Shown: positions 1-6,867 of the stretch, in pieces
Layout: every line of letters begins with the position of its first letter
Position numbering within the stretch: position 1 is the first letter of the stretch
NCBI GenBank assembly: GCA_002085285.1
Contig: NATK01000002.1
Coordinates: 1-28,767 of the forward strand
Origin: Candidatus Latescibacteria bacterium 4484_7
GTDB taxonomy: Bacteria > Krumholzibacteriota > Krumholzibacteriia > Krumholzibacteriales > Krumholzibacteriaceae
Direction: 5' to 3'
DNA length: 28,767 nt
Made by a program: the position numbers and the translations under genes
Notes under the pieces: model-generated
The model's database searches: none
What the model saw: the letters and a program-made list of their open reading frames with translations, nothing else
What the model was told of the DNA's origin: nothing

Positions 1-60
1 TATTATCATAAGTTGAATAGTAGTGGAACTTATTCAATATTTATGCTCTCAAGAGAATAA
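1..60 (+). CDS. 3' end of an upstream (probable cassette) ORF, partial
   Basis: Frame 1 is open from base 1 (YYHKLNSSGTYSIFMLSRE) to TAA at 58-60, just before the first attC-like site. Only 19 codons are visible. Confidence 0.4.
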   Translation, partial: YYHKLNSSGTYSIFMLSRE

Positions 61-83
61 TTATTGTACGACTGAAAAGCTAC

Positions 84-216
84 TGCCGACAATTGTATAT
101 AAGGCATTGGGCGGTAAGTGGTTAAATTGAAAGATATGAACATTAATAAGCGGCATAGTAAATTGAAAGTTAGGTGTTTCAAAACGCCCAACGCCTCATA
201 TACTTGACCGTTATAT
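84..216 (+). repeat. attC-like site 1 (long type, left core box degenerate)
   Basis: Arms 95-113 GTATATAAGGCATTGGGCG and 185-203 CGCCCAACGCCTCATATAC are complementary at 17/19. They are followed by the core GTTATAT (GTTRRRY-like) at 210-216. The left box reads GCCGAC rather than a clean ..AAC. Confidence 0.7.
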
Positions 217-252
217 GAAATTTTGGGGCCTTATAAAATGGAGGCAATAATA

Positions 253-2121
253 ATGAAGCATATTTGTCTGATTTTATCGATATTGGCTCTTATTTCGCCA
301 CTATCAGCACAAGAGGGTCAAAAGGGGATTAAAATAGAGGGTAACCTCTATGAGAATGAAAGCTTAGGGATAAAGGTAAGACTTACTGAAGGAAACTGGT
401 ATTATGAAGATAAAAGCCAGGGCCCGGCGAGCGTCATTGTATTGTCAAATCCAGAAGTGGAAAAATTCAAATTCACGATTGTCATGATGCCGGCAGTGAT
501 AGGAATAAAGACTGCTGAGGATAGAGATGCACAACTTTCCTCATTTTTTGGCGATAAGTATAAGCGGGTAGAACTTGGCAAGGGAGAGATTGATAACAGG
601 GAGACAACAGTCCTTGTTTACGATTTAGTCGTAGCTGATACCTTAACTACCAGGGTTTATACTCATGTACTGGTTGTTGGAGACAATACTTACATGATGC
701 AAATTTCTGGCCCTAAGGATCAATGGGAAGCGAAATACAAACAGTTTGAATCAATATTCAACTATATCTTATTTACCGAAAGAAAGCCGGAAAGAAAGGA
801 AGTTGAAATCAAGAAGGAAGAGGAAGAAAAGCAGGCCGGGTTAACCAAGAATGCAAAAATAATACATCACCTCATAAGGATAGATGTCAATCCTCGTAGC
901 GGTGAGTTCAAGTCATCTGATAAGTTTACCATAAGGATTATAAAAGATAAGATAAAAGAAGTGGAATTCCTCCTATCCGATCTTGTAATTGATTCCATTA
1001 AACTTGGTGATGAAAATTTATCCTTTTCCATGGTAGATTATCAAGAGACGGGTAGAAAAAAGCTCACCGTTAATTTGCCCGCCGACTATGATTCGACTAC
1101 CGAGCTTACCCTGAACTTTTCTGCCCATAAGTCTGATTACCTATTTACTGCGGCGGGTAAGCTGATTGCTGGATATAATATTCTTGGACAGGTAAGGGAG
1201 AAGTCGAGTTATAGTTCCCACGTTTTATATTATCCCGTGGATGAAGATAATGACGCTGCCGGTGAGATATGGATAACCGTGCCATCAGGTTATATCGCTA
1301 TAAGTGTAGGAAAACTTGTTGATGTGGATTCAACCGAAGACAAATCTATATATCATTGGAAAACAGATATTGCTATTCCACGAATATTGCCTTTTGCTTT
1401 CGCTGTTGGTGAATACGAAAAATACTCCGCTACTACAAAGTCAGGCGTCCCAGTAGAAATTTACACTTGGAAAGTGAATGAGGAGCATGCACTCAGGAGG
1501 CTTGATTTGGCTTGTGATATTATCGATTTCTATAATGAAATATTCGGGCAGTTTCCATTTGAAAAGATTGCCATAATACATGTCACCCCAGAAAAGGGTA
1601 TAGCTGGTGTAAGCCTGCCAACTATGATTCTGCTCTCAGACATGTTTTTCACATCCGATTGCTCATATGAAATAATCAAAGAGGATGTGAGAAAATCATT
1701 CCTTGGTCCATTGGTATTGGCTGATGAAATATCACATCAATGGAATGCTTACGCTGTCGCTTTTCCTAATGAACTGGCAGAAGGAATGGCTCAGTATACG
1801 GATGCGTTGTTTGCCGAACATGTAGGTGGAAAACAAGTACTGAAAAATCACATTAAATATCACTCAAGTCTATATAAAGCAGCCATAGAAAACAATCCCG
1901 ATACACCCATAGCATCGCCTGAGATTTACAAGACCCAGGCGTATCAGGGTATTGCCTTCAGTAAGGGAGCGTTGGTGCTTAACATGTTACGCTGTGTTGT
2001 GGGTGATTCCAACTTCTTCGCCGGAATGCGACACATTTTTGAAGAATACTCTGGTAAAAAAGCGGGCTACGATGACATTAAACAGGCGATGGAGAAGTTT
2101 TATGGGGATTCTCTGGGTTAG
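253..2121 (+). CDS. Secreted M1 (gluzincin) aminopeptidase-like protein, N-terminal main part; split by frameshift
   Basis: GGAGG RBS at 240-244 and ATG at 253. Signal peptide MKHICLILSILALISPLSA. M1-like segments: HHLIRIDVNP, FAFAVGEY, FGQFPFEK, DEISHQW..EGMAQY, YQGIAFSKGALVLNMLR. Confidence 0.75.
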   Translation: MKHICLILSILALISPLSAQEGQKGIKIEGNLYENESLGIKVRLTEGNWYYEDKSQGPASVIVLSNPEVEKFKFTIVMMPAVIGIKTAEDRDAQLSSFFGDKYKRVELGKGEIDNRETTVLVYDLVVADTLTTRVYTHVLVVGDNTYMMQISGPKDQWEAKYKQFESIFNYILFTERKPERKEVEIKKEEEEKQAGLTKNAKIIHHLIRIDVNPRSGEFKSSDKFTIRIIKDKIKEVEFLLSDLVIDSIKLGDENLSFSMVDYQETGRKKLTVNLPADYDSTTELTLNFSAHKSDYLFTAAGKLIAGYNILGQVREKSSYSSHVLYYPVDEDNDAAGEIWITVPSGYIAISVGKLVDVDSTEDKSIYHWKTDIAIPRILPFAFAVGEYEKYSATTKSGVPVEIYTWKVNEEHALRRLDLACDIIDFYNEIFGQFPFEKIAIIHVTPEKGIAGVSLPTMILLSDMFFTSDCSYEIIKEDVRKSFLGPLVLADEISHQWNAYAVAFPNELAEGMAQYTDALFAEHVGGKQVLKNHIKYHSSLYKAAIENNPDTPIASPEIYKTQAYQGIAFSKGALVLNMLRCVVGDSNFFAGMRHIFEEYSGKKAGYDDIKQAMEKFYGDSLG

Positions 2122-2363
2122 AAAAAGCCGAAAAACATAAAGATAAATACTTGGTTTCTGTCCTTGTAAAACAGACACAGGGAGGAAAGCCTTTTACGAT
2201 GCCTATAGATATTTCATTCATGTCTGCCGAATGTGAGAAAACCTTTCCCAAAGTAATGGTCAACCAAAAAGAAGAGAGATTGACCTTTGAACTTGACTTT
2301 CGTCCGCAAGATGTTAGGATTGACAAAGAAGGCATGCTGTTAAAAGATGTAGTATATAAATAA
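2118..2363 (+). pseudogene. C-terminal fragment of the M1 peptidase in a shifted frame
   Basis: Frame 3 reads LEKAEKHKDKYLVSVLVKQTQGGKPFTMPIDI...DVRIDKEGMLLK, a typical M1 C-terminal beta domain. The WFFxQW segment expected after DSLG is absent. Confidence 0.6.
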
Positions 2364-2392
2364 TCGCATGTATGTTCGAGCCCCAAAACTTC

Positions 2393-2476
2393 ATATAACA
2401 GCATGTATCTGGTTCGGGCTTTCAGCGCTCATCTAAATCGCCTCCGACGATTTCAGATGCACTCAAACCGTTATAT
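2393..2476 (+). repeat. attC-like site 2
   Basis: ATATAAC at 2393-2399 and GTTATAT at 2470-2476. Arms GCATGTATCTG (2401-2411) and CAGATGCACTC (2454-2464) match at 8/11, with an inner AAATCG/CGATTT hairpin. Geometry is AAC+1 / 5+GTT, the same as site 3. Confidence 0.75.
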
Positions 2477-2550
2477 TCAGTTTGCTCCCTCGCTAAAAAT
2501 CAAAATCATGGGCCCCCGCCTTGTGTCTTAGGTATTTTTCTTGCCACAAT

Positions 2551-2565
2551 CGTAAACTTTATATA
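2551..2565 (+). promoter_or_regulatory. Putative promoter of arsR (BRE/TATA-like CGTAAAC-TTTATATA; weak TTGCCA -35 alternative at 2541)
   Basis: TTTATATA at 2558-2565 is preceded by a purine/A-rich element. It lies ~28 nt before an ATG that has no Shine-Dalgarno sequence. Confidence 0.45.
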
Positions 2566-2589
2566 TATATTGATAGTTATCAATATGCA
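2564..2589. promoter_or_regulatory. ArsR/SmtB-type 12-2-12 operator
   Basis: TATATATTGATA-GT-TATCAATATGCA has a perfect 9-2-9 core and 10/12 overall match. It sits immediately upstream of arsR. Confidence 0.65.
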
Positions 2590-2592
2590 AAT

Positions 2593-2868
2593 ATGAGAGA
2601 ATCACTAAAAATATTCAAGGCCTTATGCGATGAAACTCGGTTAAAAATAGTTGAATTTCTCCTTAGTGGAGAAAAATGTGTTTTTGAAATGGTTCCGTTT
2701 ACAAAAAGAATACAATCAACAGTTTCAGTTCAGTTATCAAAGCTTGAATATTTGGGGATTATTGGATCAAGAAGAGAGGGTAAAAGGATATATTATAAAC
2801 TGACAAACGAGAAAGTGAGAGAAATATTAAGAATACTAAATGAGAGAAACCAGGATAAATATAATTAA
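2593..2868 (+). CDS. ArsR/SmtB family transcriptional regulator
   Basis: IFKALCDETRLKIVEFL..GEKCVFEM..QSTVSVQLSKL..G....RREGKRIYY winged HTH signature. Confidence 0.9.
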   Translation: MRESLKIFKALCDETRLKIVEFLLSGEKCVFEMVPFTKRIQSTVSVQLSKLEYLGIIGSRREGKRIYYKLTNEKVREILRILNERNQDKYN

Positions 2869-2895
2869 AACATCTAAAATATTGGAGGAAGTGCT

Positions 2896-3936
2896 ATGTT
2901 AAGAGATGTAGAATGTAAATGCCAGATTGTTAAGAACTTTGCACCATCCTGGTTTGCAAGCATCATGGGAACGGGAATACTTGCTCTGACTAGCTTACTT
3001 TACTCCCAATATGTTCCTCTCCTGAAAAACCTGGCTTATGTCTTGTTCTACTTTAACATTATTCTTTTCTTTGTCTTATTAATCCCATGGATTCTTAGGT
3101 GGATATTCTTCAGAAAAGAAGCATTAAAAGATTTAGAGCATCCTGTGCTCTCAAATTTCTATGCTACGATAGCGATAGGTATGCTTGTTTTAGCAGCGGA
3201 TTTCATTGTAATTGGTAATAACATTGAGATTGGAAAGGTTTTTTGGTTTATAGGATCACTGGCTACAATATTCTTTAGCATACTCACACCATATTTAATG
3301 TTCAAAGGTGAGCATGTTAAACTTGACCACATAAATCCAGCATGGTTTATTCCACCAGTCGGACTAATTGTGATTCCCATTGCAGGAAGTTTAATTATTC
3401 CACATGTATTAGGAATGGCGCGGCAGTATGTTATATTTCTTAACTATTTTGGATGGGGCTCTGGCTTTTTTATCTATCTCGCTCTATTAGCTATAACAAT
3501 GTATCGTTTTATTCTTCATCATCCTCTACCAAACACTCTCGCTCCAACCATATGGATAAACCTTGGACCCATCGGAGCAGGGACTGTTGCATTGGTTAAC
3601 CTCATCAAAAACTCATCTTTTATAGCAGTGAAAGAACCTTTCTTCGTATTTGGATTTTTGTTCTGGGGGTTTGGTATTTGGTGGGTTATAATAGCTATTG
3701 CAATGACCCTGCACTACATAAAAAGACTGAAGCTTCCCTATGCAATGTCTTGGTGGGCTTTTACATTTCCTCTCGGAGCGTATGTAGCTGCAAGTCATAC
3801 AATCTCGTCATTATTTGAAATTCAACTAATAGATTACGTTGGTTTTGCTTTATATTGGCTTTTAGTTATTTTCTGGGTGGTTACTTTTGTAAAAACTCTT
3901 ATACGTGCATATCATGGGACGCTGTTTAAGGTTTGA
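2896..3936 (+). CDS. TDT (tellurite-resistance/dicarboxylate, SLAC1/TehA-like) transporter
   Basis: GGAGG RBS. FAPSWFASIMGTG, NPAWFIPPVG and PYAMSWWAFTFPLG motifs; about 10 hydrophobic segments. Confidence 0.88.
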   Translation: MLRDVECKCQIVKNFAPSWFASIMGTGILALTSLLYSQYVPLLKNLAYVLFYFNIILFFVLLIPWILRWIFFRKEALKDLEHPVLSNFYATIAIGMLVLAADFIVIGNNIEIGKVFWFIGSLATIFFSILTPYLMFKGEHVKLDHINPAWFIPPVGLIVIPIAGSLIIPHVLGMARQYVIFLNYFGWGSGFFIYLALLAITMYRFILHHPLPNTLAPTIWINLGPIGAGTVALVNLIKNSSFIAVKEPFFVFGFLFWGFGIWWVIIAIAMTLHYIKRLKLPYAMSWWAFTFPLGAYVAASHTISSLFEIQLIDYVGFALYWLLVIFWVVTFVKTLIRAYHGTLFKV

Positions 3937-3998
3937 TGTGATGAAAGTTGACGCTAGACATATGACATTCTGCCCAAAACCTAAGGAGATGAATTTAT

Positions 3999-5773
3999 AT
4001 GTTTGAAAAAATAAGAAAAAGGGATGGAAGAATTGTAAAGTTTGACCCCGAGAGAATTACAAACGCAATTTCTAAAGCAGGTGCAGCAACAGGTGAATTT
4101 GATAGAGATATAGCAAAGAAAGTATATTATTTACAGAGAACAGCACGCAAGAATCAGAGAAATTATATCTAAAGCCAATAACGATCTTGTAGATCAGTAT
4201 CTTAATAAAATAGATTGGGAGGTTAAAGAGAACAGTAATATGTCTTTTTCTTTACAGGGACTTAACAATTATATTTCCTCTAAAGTAAGTAAGATGTATT
4301 GGCTGAATAAAATATATCCAGCAGAGATAAGAAATGCCCATATAGAGGGTGATTTTCATATCCATGATTTGGGTATATTATCTGTTTACTGTGTTGGGTG
4401 GGATTTGTTCGATTTATTATCAGAAGGTTTTAAAGGAGCTGCGGGAAAAATAGAGAGCAAACCTGCAAAGCACTTCAGGAGTGCTTTAGGGCAAATTGTT
4501 AATTTTTTCTATACTCTTCAAGGTGAAGCTGCTGGGGCACAAGCATTTTCCAACTTTGACACTTTCCTTGCCCCATTTATTCGATATGACAATCTATCAT
4601 ATAAAGAGGTTAAACAAGCTTTACAGGAATTTTTATTTAATCTAAATGTCCCCACAAGAGTGGGATTTCAAACCCCTTTTACAAATATAACTTTGGATTT
4701 AAGATCTCTAGAGTATCTCAAAAATCAACCAGTTGTTTTTGGAGGAACGCCTCAGAAGGAAACTTACGGAGATTTCGAAGAGGAAATGATGTTGTTCAAT
4801 AAGGCTTTCTTGGAGGTTATGTTGGAAGGTGATGCAAAAGGCAGAGTTTTTACCTTCCCTATTCCTACATATAACATTACCGGAGATTTTGATTGGGACG
4901 CCGAGTTTTTGAATACGTTATGGGAGATAACTGCAAAATATGGTATTCCATACTTCTCTAATTTTGTTAATTCAGATATGAAACCAGAAGATGCAAGAAG
5001 TATGTGCTGTAGGTTAAGGCTGGACACAAGGAAATTGGAGAAAAGGGGTGGCGGACTATTTGGGGCAAATCCACTTACAGGAAGCATCGGTGTTGTATCA
5101 ATCAACATGCCGAGATTAGGTTATTTCTCAAAGGATGAGAACGAATTTTTTGAAAGATTGGACATGCTGATGCAATTGGCAAAGAATAGTTTAGAGATGA
5201 AGAGAAGAATTCTGGAAAAGCTTACAGGGCAGGGCTTGTATCCTTACACCAAGTACTATTTGAGAAATATTAAAAAACGATTTGGTGCATATTGGAAAAA
5301 TCACTTTTCTACGATAGGGTTGGTTGGATTGAATGAAGCCTGCTTAAATCTTCTGGGGGTGACTATCGGCGACAGAGAGGGTAAAGAATTTGGATTGAAG
5401 GTCTTGGAGTTTATGAAGAATAAACTTATTGAATTCCAGGAGGAGACTGGAAACAATTATAACCTGGAAGCAACCCCTGCTGAGGGGACTTCCTATCGTC
5501 TCGCGATGATAGATAAGAAGAAGTATCCTGACATAGTATGTGCAAATGAGCAAGCATTCAGAAACGGTGCAGAGCCCTTTTATACGAATTCCTCTCAACT
5601 TCCAGTCAATTATACAGATGATATATTTGAGGCTCTTGACCTGTCCGAAGTGCGATGCTACATGTGAGGTGTACTCAAGAGTTGTAGGGTATCTGAGACC
5701 CGTAAATCAATGGAATAACGGGAAAAAGGAAGAATTCAGAATGAGGAATAGTTTTAAGGTGATGACAAAATGA
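3999..5773 (+). pseudogene. nrdD: Anaerobic (class III) ribonucleoside-triphosphate reductase, disrupted in three frames
   Basis: ATP-cone start MFEKIRKRDGRIVKFD at 3999-4172 (RBS AAGGAG at 3983). The core from 4123-5667 has SMCCRLRLD and EATPAEG. The glycyl-radical tail TCPKC..EVYSRVVGYLRP is in a third frame ending at 5773. Confidence 0.88.
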
Positions 5774-6462
5774 AAATCGCCGGTTTTCAGAAATTCTCTT
5801 TGATAGACTACCCAAGTAAAATCAGTGCAATCATCTTTACCCAAGGATGTAATTTCAGATGTCCCTACTGCCATAATCCAGAACTAGTAAATCCGGAACT
5901 ATTTTCAGACACCTTAGATGAAGATTTAATACTTACTTTCTTAAGTAAAAGGATCGGCAAATTAGATGGTGTAGTTATCACGGGAGGGGAACCTCTGCTT
6001 CAGCATGATTTAATAGAGTTTATAAAAAAGGTAAAGGAAATGGGTTATCTTGTAAAACTTGATACAAATGGGAGTTATCCAGAAAATTTGGAGCGATTGT
6101 TAGCTAAAAATCTGATCGATTACATAGCAATGGATATTAAAGCTCCTCTTGAAAAATACCATAATGTTGTGCAGGCAGATGTTTGTACAGAAAAGATAAT
6201 GGAAAGCATTACGATAATTCTAAATAGCAATATAGATTACGAATTTCGAACCACAGTAGTGAAGGATCTCCTAATAGAAGATGATTTAATTTGCATAGCC
6301 AAGTTAATTAGAGGTGCAAAGAGATATGTTTTGCAAAAGTTTGTTATGTCAAAGATATTAGATAAGTCATTTGCCAGTAATGTAAAATGCTTTTCAGAAG
6401 ACGAATTAAATACCATAATAGACAAAGTGAAAAAATATGTCAGCGAATGTATTATGCGATGA
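5770..6462 (+). CDS. nrdG: Anaerobic RNR activating radical SAM enzyme
   Basis: GCNFRCPYCHN CxxxCxxC motif and ITGGEPLLQ. ATGA overlap with the nrdD tail stop. Confidence 0.92.
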   Translation: MKIAGFQKFSLIDYPSKISAIIFTQGCNFRCPYCHNPELVNPELFSDTLDEDLILTFLSKRIGKLDGVVITGGEPLLQHDLIEFIKKVKEMGYLVKLDTNGSYPENLERLLAKNLIDYIAMDIKAPLEKYHNVVQADVCTEKIMESITIILNSNIDYEFRTTVVKDLLIEDDLICIAKLIRGAKRYVLQKFVMSKILDKSFASNVKCFSEDELNTIIDKVKKYVSECIMR

Positions 6463-6525
6463 TTACCTGAGGTTTTGGGCGGAACGCTTCGTCGCTTCGC
6501 TTTTTGTCCTCACTTAGTTTGGGTC

Positions 6526-6604
6526 ATATAACACGGGCTATACGGCTCGTTTCACTTGCCCAAATTTGCTAACGCAAACTTTGTATAGCCCGAATACGTT
6601 AAGT
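6526..6604 (+). repeat. attC-like site 3
   Basis: ATATAAC at 6526-6532 and GTTAAGT at 6598-6604. Perfect 10-bp arms CGGGCTATAC (6534-6543) and GTATAGCCCG (6583-6592), with an inner TTTGC-TAAC-GCAAA hairpin. Confidence 0.78.
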
Positions 6605-6867
6605 GGAACGCCCGAATTGATAAAAACTATATCGAGATTGAGGTGGCCTAATATATGATCAATATAGAGAGAAAAGTAAAGGTAGGTGTAAGATTGCCTT
6701 TGCAGGTTTTATCCTGCTCATAGTCACAAGCGGTTCAGGATGCCAAAACAACAATTATCACCCTACCAAGCCGCAGCAATCACTTTTTCTTCTCCCCGCA
6801 TCGGCACAAATACTTTTTGTTTCTAACGCGGCGCATAGTGTAGCGCGTCTTTCAAATGATAGAATGG

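Larger units (their letters stand above)
84..6604 (+). mobile_element. Integron-type gene cassette array (distal part; integrase not in window, CALIN-like as seen here)
   Basis: Three attC-like palindromes alternate with co-oriented + strand ORF blocks. Cassette starts (GTTATAT) are complementary to the ATATAAC boxes that close them. The region is AT-rich relative to the rest of the window. Confidence 0.75.

Noticed and set aside
123-169. Two copies of TAAATTGAAAG 36 bp apart, resembling the 3' end of CRISPR repeats
   Set aside because: Only 11 bp and two copies, inside the loop of attC-like site 1. There is no array and no cas gene.
3999-5773. Programmed frameshifting or intein/intron explanation for the split nrdD
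   Set aside because: Sequence is missing rather than inserted at both junctions, so frameshifting could not restore the lost segments. No intein or intron motifs were seen.
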